Shown: one piece after another, positions 50,125 to 63,053 of the stretch | Position numbering within the stretch: position 1 is the stretch's first letter | Layout: every line of letters begins with the position of its first letter | Assembly: GCF_003334765.1 (NCBI RefSeq) | Contig: NZ_QOWT01000001.1 | DNA length: 64,000 nucleotides | Strand: one strand, 5' to 3' | Source of the DNA: Escherichia coli | GTDB lineage: Bacteria; Pseudomonadota; Gammaproteobacteria; Enterobacterales; Enterobacteriaceae | Translations under genes and position numbers: made by a program | The notes under the pieces: model-generated | Told to the model about the DNA's origin: nothing | What the model saw: the letters and a program-made list of their open reading frames with translations, nothing else | Database searches by the model: none

Positions 50125-50235
50125 TCCTCTCTTTATCTGCTATACCTGGTAGTGTCCTTTCCTCAAGGTTAATGATAAAAAATGTGGCACACAGGCGGTG
50201 CCTTTTATTTTTACTGAAGTTCACAGGAGGTTTAT

Positions 50236-51003
50236 GTGTTTAATTCTGACAACCTGAGACTCGACGGAAAATGCGCCATCATCACAGGTGCGGGTGCAGG
50301 TATTGGTAAAGAAATCGCCATTACATTCGCGACAGCTGGCGCATCTGTGGTGGTCAGTGATATTAACGCCGACGCAGCTAACCATGTTGTAGACGAAATT
50401 CAACAACTGGGTGGTCAGGCATTTGCCTGCCGTTGTGATATTACTTCCGAACAGGAACTCTCTGCACTGGCAGACTTTGCTATCAGTAAGCTGGGTAAAG
50501 TTGATATTCTGGTTAACAACGCCGGTGGCGGTGGACCTAAACCGTTTGATATGCCAATGGCGGATTTTCGCCGTGCTTATGAACTGAATGTGTTTTCTTT
50601 TTTCCATCTGTCACAACTTGTTGCGCCAGAAATGGAAAAAAATGGCGGTGGCGTTATTCTGACCATCACTTCTATGGCGGCAGAAAATAAAAATATAAAC
50701 ATGACTTCCTATGCATCATCTAAAGCTGCGGCCAGTCATCTGGTCAGAAATATGGCGTTTGACCTGGGTGAAAAAAATATTCGGGTAAATGGCATTGCGC
50801 CGGGGGCAATATTAACCGATGCCCTGAAATCCGTTATTACACCAGAAATTGAACAAAAAATGTTACAGCACACGCCGATCAGACGTCTGGGCCAACCGCA
50901 AGATATTGCTAACGCAGCGCTGTTCCTTTGCTCGCCTGCTGCGAGCTGGGTAAGCGGACAAATTCTCACCGTCTCCGGTGGTGGGGTACAGGAGCTCAAT
51001 TAA
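50236..51003 (+). CDS. hdhA: 7-alpha-hydroxysteroid dehydrogenase, SDR family (255 aa)
   Basis: ORF-track 255 aa; SDR motifs TGAGAGIG and YxxxK (YASSKAA); matches K-12 HdhA. Confidence 0.95.
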   Translation: MFNSDNLRLDGKCAIITGAGAGIGKEIAITFATAGASVVVSDINADAANHVVDEIQQLGGQAFACRCDITSEQELSALADFAISKLGKVDILVNNAGGGGPKPFDMPMADFRRAYELNVFSFFHLSQLVAPEMEKNGGGVILTITSMAAENKNINMTSYASSKAAASHLVRNMAFDLGEKNIRVNGIAPGAILTDALKSVITPEIEQKMLQHTPIRRLGQPQDIANAALFLCSPAASWVSGQILTVSGGGVQELN

Positions 51004-51223
51004 TACACTAACGGACCGGTAAACAACCGTGCGTGTTGTTTACCGGGATAAACTCATCAACGTCTCTGCTAAATAACTGGCAGCCAAATCACGGCTATTG
51101 GTTAACCAATTTCAGAGTGAAAAGTATACGAATAGAGTGTGCCTTCGCACTATTCAACAGCAATGATAGGCGCTCACCTGACAACGCGGTAAACTAGTTA
51201 TTCACGCTAACTATAATGGTTTA

Positions 51224-51814
51224 ATGATGGATAACATGCAGACTGAAGCACAACCGACACGGACCCGGATCCTCAATGCTGCCAGAGAGATTTTTTCAGA
51301 AAATGGATTTCACAGTGCCTCGATGAAAGCCATCTGTAAATCTTGCGCCATTAGTCCCGGGACGCTCTATCACCATTTCATCTCCAAAGAAGCCTTGATT
51401 CAGGCGATTATCTTACAGGACCAGGAGAGGGCGCTGGCCCGTTTCCGGGAACCGATTGAAGGGATTCATTTCGTTGACTATATGGTCGAGTCCATTGTCT
51501 CTCTCACCCATGAAGCCTTTGGACAACGGGCGCTGGTGGTTGAAATTATGGCGGAAGGGATGCGTAACCCACAGGTCGCCGCCATGCTTAAAAATAAGCA
51601 TATGACGATCACGGAATTTGTTGCCCAGCGGATGCGTGATGCCCAGCAAAAAGGCGAGATAAGCCCAGACATCAACACGGCAATGACTTCACGTTTACTG
51701 CTGGATCTGACCTACGGTGTACTGGCCGATATCGAAGCGGAAGACCTGGCGCGTGAAGCGTCGTTTGCTCAGGGATTACGCGCGATGATTGGCGGTATCT
51801 TAACCGCATCCTGA
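51224..51814 (+). CDS. uidR: TetR-family repressor of the uid (gus) operon, UidR (196 aa)
   Basis: ORF-track 196 aa; TetR HTH; immediately upstream of uidA. Confidence 0.93.
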   Translation: MMDNMQTEAQPTRTRILNAAREIFSENGFHSASMKAICKSCAISPGTLYHHFISKEALIQAIILQDQERALARFREPIEGIHFVDYMVESIVSLTHEAFGQRALVVEIMAEGMRNPQVAAMLKNKHMTITEFVAQRMRDAQQKGEISPDINTAMTSRLLLDLTYGVLADIEAEDLAREASFAQGLRAMIGGILTAS

Positions 51815-52204
51815 TTCTCTCTCTTTTTCGGCGGGCTGGTGATAACTGTGCCCGCGTTTCATATCGTAATTTCTCTGTGCAAAAATTATCCTTCCCGGCT
51901 TCGGAGAATTCCCCCCAAAATATTCACTGTAGCCATATGTCATGAGAGTTTATCGTTCCCAATACGCTCGAACGAACGTTCGGTTGCTTATTTTATGGCT
52001 TCTGTCAACGCTGTTTTAAAGATTAATGCGATCTATATCACGCTGTGGGTATTGCAGTTTTTGGTTTTTTGATCGCGGTGTCAGTTCTTTTTATTTCCAT
52101 TTCTCTTCCATGGGTTTCTCACAGATAACTGTGTGCAACACAGAATTGGTTAACTAATCAGATTAAAGGTTGACCAGTATTATTATCTTAATGAGGAGTC
52201 CCTT

Positions 52205-53485
52205 ATGTTACGTCCTGTAGAAACCCCAACCCGTGAAATCAAAAAACTCGACGGCCTGTGGGCATTCAGTCTGAATCGCGAAAACTGTGGAATTGATCAG
52301 CGTTGGTGGGAAAGCGCGTTACAAGAAAGCCGGGCAATTGCTGTGCCAGGCAGTTTTAACGATCAGTTCGCCGATGCAGATATTCGTAATTATGCGGGCA
52401 ACGTCTGGTATCAGCGCGAAGTCTTTATACCGAAAGGTTGGGCAGGCCAGCGTATCGTGCTGCGTTTCGATGCGGTCACTCATTACGGCAAAGTGTGGGT
52501 CAATAATCAGGAAGTGATGGAGCATCAGGGCGGCTATACGCCATTTGAAGCCGATGTCACGCCGTATGTTATTGCCGGGAAAAGTGTACGTATCACCGTT
52601 TGTGTGAACAACGAACTGAACTGGCAGACTATCCCGCCGGGAATGGTGATTACCGACGAAAACGGCAAGAAAAAGCAGTCTTACTTCCATGATTTCTTTA
52701 ACTATGCCGGGATCCATCGCAGCGTAATGCTCTACACCACGCCGAACACCTGGGTGGACGATATCACCGTGGTGACGCATGTCGCGCAAGACTGTAACCA
52801 CGCGTCTGTTGACTGGCAGGTGGTGGCCAATGGTGATGTCAGCGTTGAACTGCGTGATGCGGATCAACAGGTGGTTGCAACTGGACAAGGCACTAGCGGG
52901 ACTTTGCAAGTGGTGAATCCGCACCTCTGGCAACCGGGTGAAGGTTATCTCTATGAACTGTGCGTCACAGCCAAAAGCCAGACAGAGTGTGATATCTACC
53001 CGCTTCGCGTCGGCATCCGGTCAGTGGCAGTGAAGGGCGAACAGTTCCTGATTAACCACAAACCGTTCTACTTTACTGGCTTTGGTCGTCATGAAGATGC
53101 GGACTTGCGTGGCAAAGGATTCGATAACGTGCTGATGGTGCACGACCACGCATTAATGGACTGGATTGGGGCCAACTCCTACCGTACCTCGCATTACCCT
53201 TACGCTGAAGAGATGCTCGACTGGGCAGATGAACATGGCATCGTGGTGATTGATGAAACTGCTGCTGTCGGCTTTAACCTCTCTTTAGGCATTGGTTTCG
53301 AAGCGGGCAACAAGCCGAAAGAACTGTACAGCGAAGAGGCAGTCAACGGGGAAACTCAGCAAGCGCACTCTTGCTACCGCGATGACCCAACAACCACAAT
53401 CCCGCGCCCGTCTGGGCGCGGCTCGTGGGATTGCCACTTCATTGACCTTTGTCTGCCTGGCATTTCTGATAGGACCGAGCATTAA
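52205..53485 (+). pseudogene. uidA: Truncated beta-glucuronidase uidA: about 388 native N-terminal residues then an out-of-frame 38-aa tail, versus the 603-aa native enzyme
   Basis: ORF-track 426 aa begins with canonical GUS MLRPVETPTREIKKLDGLWAFSL... and follows GUS to ...[11 protein letters not shown], then switches to [15 protein letters not shown]...; native length and continuation are from memory. Confidence 0.85.
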
Positions 53486-54347
53486 GAACTCCAGCCCGGA
53501 AGAGATGGTGTCGGTATACCATTTCTGGACAATTGTGCTGGCGATTGCCGGAATGGTGCTTTACTTCATCTGCTTCAAATCGACGCGTGAGAATGTGGTA
53601 CGTATCGTTGCGCAGCCGTCATTGAATATCAGTCTGCAAACCCTGAAACGGAATCGCCCGCTGTTTATGTTGTGCATCGGTGCGCTGTGTGTGCTGATTT
53701 CGACCTTTGCGGTCAGCGCCTCGTCGTTGTTCTACGTGCGCTATGTGTTAAATGATACCGGGCTGTTCACTGTGCTGGTACTGGTGCAAAACCTGGTTGG
53801 TACTGTGGCATCGGCACCGCTGGTGCCGGGGATGGTCGCGAGGATCGGTAAAAAGAATACCTTCCTGATTGGCGCTTTGCTGGGAACCTGCGGTTATCTG
53901 CTGTTCTTCTGGGTTTCCGTCTGGTCACTGCCGGTGGCGTTGGTTGCGTTGGCCATCGCTTCAATTGGTCAGGGCGTTACCATGACCGTGATGTGGGCGC
54001 TGGAAGCTGATACCGTAGAATACGGTGAATACCTGACCGGCGTGCGAATTGAAGGGCTCACCTATTCACTATTCTCATTTACCCGTAAATGCGGTCAGGC
54101 AATCGGAGGTTCAATTCCTGCCTTTATTTTGGGGTTAAGCGGATATATCGCCAATCAGGTGCAAACGCCGGAAGTTATTATGGGCATCCGCACATCAATT
54201 GCCTTAGTACCTTGCGGATTTATGCTACTGGCATTCGTTATTATCTGGTTTTATCCGCTCACGGATAAAAAATTCAAAGAAATCGTGGTTGAAATTGATA
54301 ATCGTAAAAAAGTGCAGCAGCAATTAATCAGCGATATCACTAATTAA
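53369..54347 (+). pseudogene. uidB: 5'-truncated glucuronide transporter uidB remnant (about 325 C-terminal codons of the 457-aa native protein), no native start or RBS
   Basis: Frame +1 relative to uidA reads [22 protein letters not shown]... to the native C-terminus ...[10 protein letters not shown]; the ORF-track frame 53292..54347 starts inside uidA-derived sequence. Confidence 0.8.
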
Positions 54348-54385
54348 TATTCAATAAAAATAATCAGAACATCAAAGGTGCAACT

Positions 54386-55651
54386 ATGAGAAAAATAGTG
54401 GCCATGGCCGTTATTTGCCTGACGGCTGCCTCTGGCCTTACCTCTGCTTATGCGGCGCAACTGGCTGACGATGAAGCGGGACTACGCATCAGACTGAAAA
54501 ACGAATTGCGCAGGGCGGATAAGCCCAGTGCTGGCGCGGGAAGAGATATTTACGCATGGGTACAGGGAGGATTGCTCGATTTCAATAGTGGTTATTATTC
54601 CAATATTATTGGCGTTGAAGGCGGGGCGTATTATGTTTATAAATTAGGTGCTCGTGCTGATATGAGTACCCGGTGGTATCTTGATGGTGATAAAAGTTTT
54701 GGCTTTGCCCTGGGGGCAGTAAAAATAAAACCCAGTGAAAATAGCCTGCTTAAATTAGGTCGCTTCGGGACGGATTATAGTTATGGTAGCTTACCTTATC
54801 GTATTCCGTTAATGGCTGGCAGTTCGCAACGTACATTACCGACAGTTTCTGAAGGAGCATTAGGTTATTGGGCTTTAACACCAAATATTGATCTGTGGGG
54901 AATGTGGCGTTCACGAGTATTTTTATGGACTGATTCAACAACCGGTATTCGTGATGAAGGGGTGTATAACAGCCAGACGGGAAAATACGATAAACATCGC
55001 GCACGTTCTTTTTTAGCCGCCAGTTGGCATGATGATACCAGTCGCTATTCTCTGGGGGCATCGGTACAGAAAGATGTTTCCAATCAGATACAAAGTATTC
55101 TCGAGAAAAGCATACCGCTCGACCCGAATTATACGTTGAAAGGGGAGTTGCTCGGCTTTTACGCGCAGCTCGAAGGTTTAAGTCGTAATACCAGCCAGCC
55201 CAATGAAACGGCGTTGGTTAGTGGACAATTGACCTGGAATGCGCCGTGGGGAAGTGTATTTGGCAGTGGTGGTTATTTGCGCCATGCAATGAATGGTGCC
55301 GTGGTGGATACCGACATTGGCTATCCCTTTTCATTAAGTCTTGATCGTAACCGTGAAGGAATGCAGTCCTGGCAATTGGGCGTCAACTATCGTTTAACGC
55401 CGCAATTTACGCTGACATTTGCACCGATTGTGACTCGCGGCTATGAATCCAGTAAACGAGATGTGCGGATTGAAGGCACGGGTATCTTAGGTGGTATGAA
55501 CTATCGGGTCAGCGAAGGGCCGTTACAAGGGATGAATTTCTTTCTTGCTGCCGATAAAGGGCGGGAAAAGCGCGATGGCAGTACGCTGGGCGATCGCCTG
55601 AATTACTGGGATGTGAAAATGAGTATTCAGTATGACTTTATGCTGAAGTAA
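54386..55651 (+). CDS. uidC: Outer-membrane glucuronide porin-like protein UidC (421 aa)
   Basis: ORF-track 421 aa with signal peptide and beta-barrel-like alternating pattern; synteny after uidB. Confidence 0.9.
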   Translation: MRKIVAMAVICLTAASGLTSAYAAQLADDEAGLRIRLKNELRRADKPSAGAGRDIYAWVQGGLLDFNSGYYSNIIGVEGGAYYVYKLGARADMSTRWYLDGDKSFGFALGAVKIKPSENSLLKLGRFGTDYSYGSLPYRIPLMAGSSQRTLPTVSEGALGYWALTPNIDLWGMWRSRVFLWTDSTTGIRDEGVYNSQTGKYDKHRARSFLAASWHDDTSRYSLGASVQKDVSNQIQSILEKSIPLDPNYTLKGELLGFYAQLEGLSRNTSQPNETALVSGQLTWNAPWGSVFGSGGYLRHAMNGAVVDTDIGYPFSLSLDRNREGMQSWQLGVNYRLTPQFTLTFAPIVTRGYESSKRDVRIEGTGILGGMNYRVSEGPLQGMNFFLAADKGREKRDGSTLGDRLNYWDVKMSIQYDFMLK

Positions 55652-55656
55652 AAAAT

Positions 55657-55686
55657 AACGCCGGAGAGAAAAATCTCCGGCGTTTC
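55657..55686 (+). terminator. Intrinsic-terminator-like hairpin after uidC
   Basis: aacgccggaga gaaaaa tctccggcgtt followed by tcagatt, right after the uidC stop. Confidence 0.55.
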
Positions 55687-55714
55687 AGATTGTTGACAAA
55701 GTGCGCGTTTTTTA

Positions 55715-55814
55715 TGCCGGATGCGGCGTAAACGCCTTATCCAGCCTACAAAAACTCATAAATTCAAAGTGTTGCAGGAAAAGGTAGGCCTGATAAGCGT
55801 AGCGCATCAGGCAA
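55715..55814. repeat. REP/BIME element pair in the uidC-ydgA intergenic region
   Basis: tgccggatgcggcgtaaacgccttatccagcctac and gtaggcctgataagcgtagcgcatcaggca, canonical E. coli REP units in inverted orientation. Confidence 0.85.
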
Positions 55815-55836
55815 TCTCTGGTTTGTTTTCAGATGA

Positions 55837-55866
55837 AAACGCCGGAGTGAAAATTCTCCGGCGTTT
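55837..55866. terminator. Bidirectional terminator-like hairpin downstream of ydgA
   Basis: aaaacgccggag tgaaaatt ctccggcgtttt, with A/T tracts on both sides. Confidence 0.55.
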
Positions 55867-55876
55867 TGGCCGTGAA

Positions 55877-57385
55877 TTACTGCTGCGGAATTGCCGGTAC
55901 AGCCGGAACGTTAAGAGCTGGCATCGCAAACATGCCAACAAAATCTTCTAACGACATTTTCTGCCCATTTAACGTTATCTGACCGTTAGCATATTGCAGG
56001 CTGGTGGTGATGGTATTGTCCTGCAAGGTGGTCAGACGGAACATCTGCCCCATTGCTGATGCACCTTCAACTTGCTGTTTCGCCAGTTTTTTCGCTTGAT
56101 CTTCCTGATAACCTTCCAGCTTCGCTACCTGAGTCATAAACTCAGTTGCCATATCCACCGGAATGGTCAGTTTCGCATCCAGAGATTTAACCGAACGATC
56201 TACTTCCTGCGCCAGCGTTTGCGGCGCTTCTTTAGTCGTTGCCGGATCTTTCAGGAACAGCGACAGATTCAGGGCACTTTCACCCTGACTGTTTTTCCAG
56301 CTTAGCGGCGCGATAGTAATCACCGGATCGCCTTTCAGCATCAGCGGCAGGGCGCTAAAGAAGGCTTCCGTCACTTTCTCCTGATAAAGTTCGGGGTTGT
56401 TGGCAATTTCTGGCTGTGCCAGCAGCGCCTGAGTTTGCGCGTTATATTGCTGGCTAAACTGATGCCAGGCTTCACCATCAATCTGGCCGACTTTTAAAGT
56501 CAGCTTGCCGCTGCCCAGATCCTGATTCTGTACCTTCAGGCTGTTTAGCGAGTAATCCAGTTGGCTATTGATCGTTTTACCGTCATTGACCAGATCCGAT
56601 TTACAGCTGATCTCCATGCCTTCCAGCAGTGCCAGTTCTTTGCCTTCCACTGAAATGGTCATTTTTTCCAGTGACAGTTTTTGATTTCCTACACGCTCAC
56701 CAAAACTTGCCAGCGTGCTGGAACCGTCGGTTTTCAGATTATTAAAGGTCAACTGCACTTTCTGGTTGTATTCGTTAACTGCGTCTATCCGACCACTTTG
56801 CGCCTCCCCGGAAAGGGAGATGGCTTTGCCGTCTCTGTCAGCATTTAACTGGAACTCGCCGCCGCTAAAGGCGACTTTTTCATCCTTTTGCTCGTAATTC
56901 AGTGGCTTGAGCGAAATATCGGAACTGGAATCACCGCTGTAACCAATGCGCGAGTTAATCTCAAAAGGCGTTTCACCTTTTGCCATATCAAACAGTGGTT
57001 TGCTTACTTCGTTATTAACCAGCGTGGTTTGAATTGATGCCATCGACGGGATCAGGTTCAGTTTTTTAAGCTGGGCAAGCGGGAAGGGACCATGATCAAC
57101 CGATTCGTTGAAGATGACGCTCTGACCGCTTTTAATCCACGGATTTTCTTTCCCGGCAATGGGTTTCACCAACAGTTGCAACTGGCTGCTGAATACGCCG
57201 CGATGATAGTTTTGATAACTCACTTCCAGGTTGGATTCAGGAGCTGTCAGTTTGAGTTGCGCGTTCGCCTGCGCGACCATGTCTTCGAGATGGGTTTCAA
57301 TCTTCTTGCCTGTATACCATGCGCCGCCTGTCCAGACTACGCCTAGCGCAACAATGACGCCTACCGCTACCAGCGATTTATTCAT
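55877..57385 (-). CDS. ydgA: DUF945-family periplasmic protein YdgA (502 aa)
   Basis: ORF-track 502 aa with N-terminal signal/anchor (MNKSLVAVGVIVALGVVWTGGAWY); matches K-12 YdgA. Confidence 0.9.
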   Translation of the reverse strand: MNKSLVAVGVIVALGVVWTGGAWYTGKKIETHLEDMVAQANAQLKLTAPESNLEVSYQNYHRGVFSSQLQLLVKPIAGKENPWIKSGQSVIFNESVDHGPFPLAQLKKLNLIPSMASIQTTLVNNEVSKPLFDMAKGETPFEINSRIGYSGDSSSDISLKPLNYEQKDEKVAFSGGEFQLNADRDGKAISLSGEAQSGRIDAVNEYNQKVQLTFNNLKTDGSSTLASFGERVGNQKLSLEKMTISVEGKELALLEGMEISCKSDLVNDGKTINSQLDYSLNSLKVQNQDLGSGKLTLKVGQIDGEAWHQFSQQYNAQTQALLAQPEIANNPELYQEKVTEAFFSALPLMLKGDPVITIAPLSWKNSQGESALNLSLFLKDPATTKEAPQTLAQEVDRSVKSLDAKLTIPVDMATEFMTQVAKLEGYQEDQAKKLAKQQVEGASAMGQMFRLTTLQDNTITTSLQYANGQITLNGQKMSLEDFVGMFAMPALNVPAVPAIPQQ

Positions 57386-57399
57386 AATGATTATCCATA

Positions 57400-57427
57400 A
57401 AATGAAATCAGGCGGACTGGCCGCCTG
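57400..57427 (-). terminator. Intrinsic-terminator-like hairpin downstream of manA
   Basis: Minus strand reads caggcgg ccagt ccgcctg followed by atttcatttt, between the manA stop and the ydgA start. Confidence 0.5.
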
Positions 57428-57485
57428 AAGGTGTTATAAGCCTTTAATAAGCTTAGCAAGAGATGTTAATTTTTTCAGTAAGCTC

Positions 57486-58661
57486 TTACAGCTTGTTGTA
57501 AACACGCGCTAAACGGCCGTGGCCTTTGACAGTCACCGGTGATTCGTTGGCGGCAATAAACGCTGATTCACCCGGTTTAAGCTGTAACTGCTGAGAACCT
57601 TTCCACAACGTTGCATCGCCTTCGACGCAGAACAAAATGGCGGCACTCTGCTGGCTAATGGTGGTTTCTTTATCACTAAGGTCATGCAGCGAGAAGGCAA
57701 AATCATCCACTGGAATCGGGAAGTCCAGTTCTGCACCTTGTTTCACCGGCTGGGTCAACAACTGGTTAGCCGGTTTGGCTTCGAATTTCACATTGGCAAC
57801 CAGTTCCGGAATATCAATGTATTTAGGCGTCAGACCCGCACGCAGCACGTTATCGGAGTTTGCCATCACTTCCAGCGCCACGCCTTGCAGGTAAGCGTGC
57901 GGTGTTTCAGCGAACAGGAACATCGCTTCGCCAGGGTTCAATTTCACCACATTCAGCAATAGCGGGGAGAACAGACCGCTGTCTTCCGGGTAAAATTCAG
58001 AAATTAAACGAATCGTTTGCCACGGTTCACCCTGCTGGCTATCGAGGGCCGATTTTAAAATCGCCAGCGCGCGGGATTTTTCTTCACCCTGCATATTCAA
58101 CAGGCTGGCGAACAGTTCGCTTAAACGTTCGGCATCAGGCTGTTGTAAAAAGTGAGCAATCGCCGGATGTGCACCTGCGACCGGCTGGAGTAGGGAGACA
58201 ATCTCGGAAAATTCACGAAACGCGTTCATCGCAAGGAAAGGCGTCAGCGCAAAAACCAGCTCCGGCTTGTGGTTAGGATCTTTATAGTTACGCTCGGCGG
58301 CATCCATCGGGATACCTGCGGCATTTTCTTTGGCAAAACCGATTTCAGAATTGTGTTTGTTTGGATGAACCTGAATGGAGAGTGGCTGTGCTGCGCATAA
58401 TACTTTGAACAGGAAAGGCAGTTCGCCAAAGCGTTTGGCAACGGCCTCTCCGAGCAGAGTCGATTTATCACTCTCAATCACATCACGCAGTGAAACGATA
58501 TCTCCGGCGGCATTCTGCACTCGTGAACTGCTTTTCGGATGTGCGCCCATCCACAGCTCGGCCATCGGCTGGCTGGACGGATTTTCCATACCATAAAGTT
58601 CAGTCAACGCCGTTTTGCTGCCCCAGGCATAGTTTTGCACTGAGTTAATGAGTTTTTGCAT
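57486..58661 (-). CDS. manA: Mannose-6-phosphate isomerase (391 aa)
   Basis: ORF-track frame 57486..58739; true start is the internal ATG (MQKLINSVQNYAWGSKTALTELYG), the canonical ManA N-terminus. Confidence 0.93.
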   Translation of the reverse strand: MQKLINSVQNYAWGSKTALTELYGMENPSSQPMAELWMGAHPKSSSRVQNAAGDIVSLRDVIESDKSTLLGEAVAKRFGELPFLFKVLCAAQPLSIQVHPNKHNSEIGFAKENAAGIPMDAAERNYKDPNHKPELVFALTPFLAMNAFREFSEIVSLLQPVAGAHPAIAHFLQQPDAERLSELFASLLNMQGEEKSRALAILKSALDSQQGEPWQTIRLISEFYPEDSGLFSPLLLNVVKLNPGEAMFLFAETPHAYLQGVALEVMANSDNVLRAGLTPKYIDIPELVANVKFEAKPANQLLTQPVKQGAELDFPIPVDDFAFSLHDLSDKETTISQQSAAILFCVEGDATLWKGSQQLQLKPGESAFIAANESPVTVKGHGRLARVYNKL

Positions 58662-58859
58662 GATCAATCCCTGTTTTAATGTGGAAATTAATCCCACTAT
58701 TAAAGCAAGAATCCTACGGGAAGTAACCTGGAGCCGCAAAAAGTCGTACTAGTCTCAGTTTTTGTTAAAAAAGTGTGTAGGATATTGTTACTCGCTTTTA
58801 ACAGGGCAACGGAACACCCGCCCAGAGCATAACCAAACCAGGCAGTAAGTGAGAGAACA

Positions 58860-60506
58860 ATGTCAAACAAACCCTTTCATTATCAGGCTCCTTTTCCACT
58901 CAAAAAAGATGATACTGAGTATTACCTGCTAACCAGCGAACACGTTAGCGTATCTGAATTTGAAGGGCAGGAGATTTTGAAAGTCGCACTCGAAGCGTTA
59001 ACTCTGTTGGCGCGCCAGGCGTTTCATGATGCGTCGTTCATGCTGCGTCCGGCGCACCAACAACAGGTGGCCGACATTCTGCGTGACCCGGAGGCCAGCG
59101 AAAATGATAAATATGTGGCGCTGCAATTCCTGCGTAACTCCGACATCGCGGCGAAAGGCGTTCTGCCAACCTGTCAGGATACCGGCACCGCGATTATTGT
59201 TGGTAAAAAAGGGCAGCGTGTATGGACCGGTGGTGGTGATGAAGCGGCGCTGGCGCGCGGTGTCTATAACACTTATATCGAAGATAATCTGCGCTACTCG
59301 CAAAACGCGCCGCTGGATATGTATAAAGAAGTGAATACCGGCACCAATCTGCCAGCGCAGATCGATCTTTATGCCGTTGATGGCGACGAATACAAATTCC
59401 TCTGTATCGCCAAAGGTGGTGGTTCGGCAAACAAGACGTATCTCTATCAGGAAACCAAAGCGTTACTGACGCCGGGGAAACTGAAAAATTACCTGGTTGA
59501 GAAGATGCGCACGCTGGGTACGGCGGCCTGTCCTCCGTATCATATTGCGTTCGTTATTGGTGGAACTTCTGCAGAAACGAACCTTAAAACGGTGAAACTG
59601 GCTTCCGCGAAATACTATGATGAACTGCCAACGGAAGGGAATGAGCACGGTCAGGCGTTCCGCGATGTGGAACTGGAAAAAGAATTGCTGATCGAAGCGC
59701 AAAATCTTGGTCTGGGTGCGCAGTTTGGTGGTAAATACTTCGCTCACGACATCCGCGTGATTCGCCTGCCACGTCACGGCGCATCCTGCCCGGTCGGTAT
59801 GGGCGTCTCCTGCTCTGCTGACCGTAATATCAAAGCGAAGATCAACCGTCAGGGGATCTGGATCGAAAAACTGGAACATAATCCAGGCAAATATATCCCG
59901 GAAGAGCTGCGCAAAGCGGGAGAAGGCGAAGCGGTGCGCGTTGACCTTAACCGTCCGATGAAAGAGATCCTCGCACAGTTGTCGCAGTATCCCGTTTCTA
60001 CACGCTTATCGCTTAACGGCACGATTATCGTCGGTCGTGATATTGCTCACGCCAAACTGAAAGAGCGGATGGATAACGGTGAAGGGCTGCCGCAGTACAT
60101 CAAAGATCATCCGATTTACTACGCGGGTCCGGCCAAAACGCCGGAAGGTTATGCCTCCGGTTCTCTTGGCCCAACGACCGCCGGACGGATGGATTCTTAT
60201 GTCGATCAACTGCAAGCGCAGGGCGGAAGTATGATCATGCTGGCGAAAGGCAACCGCAGCCAGCAGGTGACGGATGCCTGTAAAAAACACGGCGGCTTCT
60301 ACCTTGGCAGTATCGGTGGTCCGGCCGCTGTATTGGCGCAGGGAAGTATTAAGAGCCTGGAATGTGTTGAATATCCGGAACTGGGAATGGAAGCCATCTG
60401 GAAAATTGAAGTGGAAGATTTCCCGGCGTTTATCCTTGTGGATGATAAAGGAAATGACTTCTTCCAGCAGATACAACTCACACAATGCACCCGCTGTGTG
60501 AAATAA
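58860..60506 (+). CDS. fumA: Class I fumarate hydratase FumA, Fe-S dependent (548 aa)
   Basis: ORF-track 548 aa beginning [29 protein letters not shown]. Confidence 0.95.
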   Translation: MSNKPFHYQAPFPLKKDDTEYYLLTSEHVSVSEFEGQEILKVALEALTLLARQAFHDASFMLRPAHQQQVADILRDPEASENDKYVALQFLRNSDIAAKGVLPTCQDTGTAIIVGKKGQRVWTGGGDEAALARGVYNTYIEDNLRYSQNAPLDMYKEVNTGTNLPAQIDLYAVDGDEYKFLCIAKGGGSANKTYLYQETKALLTPGKLKNYLVEKMRTLGTAACPPYHIAFVIGGTSAETNLKTVKLASAKYYDELPTEGNEHGQAFRDVELEKELLIEAQNLGLGAQFGGKYFAHDIRVIRLPRHGASCPVGMGVSCSADRNIKAKINRQGIWIEKLEHNPGKYIPEELRKAGEGEAVRVDLNRPMKEILAQLSQYPVSTRLSLNGTIIVGRDIAHAKLKERMDNGEGLPQYIKDHPIYYAGPAKTPEGYASGSLGPTTAGRMDSYVDQLQAQGGSMIMLAKGNRSQQVTDACKKHGGFYLGSIGGPAAVLAQGSIKSLECVEYPELGMEAIWKIEVEDFPAFILVDDKGNDFFQQIQLTQCTRCVK

Positions 60507-60511
60507 ACAGA

Positions 60512-60536
60512 GCCGCCCTTCGGGGCGGTTTTTTTA
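60512..60536 (+). terminator. Rho-independent terminator downstream of fumA
   Basis: gccgccc ttcg gggcggt followed by ttttttt, 5 nt after the fumA stop. Confidence 0.75.
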
Positions 60537-60648
60537 CATGGCACGAAAGACCAAACATTTGTTATCAAATGGTAAATAATAAGTGAGCTAAAAGTTGCTT
60601 AACGAAAGCAAAACAGAAAGAAAAAATTAATCAGGTGAGGAGCAGGTC

Positions 60649-63011
<2,363 letters not shown>

Positions 63012-63053
63012 TTATAGCACAGTCGTGGTGACTTGACCATCGTGCGCGTAGTG

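Noticed and set aside
51839-52072. 77-aa ORF in the uidR-uidA intergenic region
   Set aside because: Hydrophobic low-complexity translation of an AT-rich promoter region with no convincing RBS; more likely promoter/operator DNA for uidA.
58662-58739. 26-codon 5' extension of manA
   Set aside because: Canonical ManA starts at MQKLINSVQNYAWG; the extension lacks an RBS and is not part of the conserved protein.
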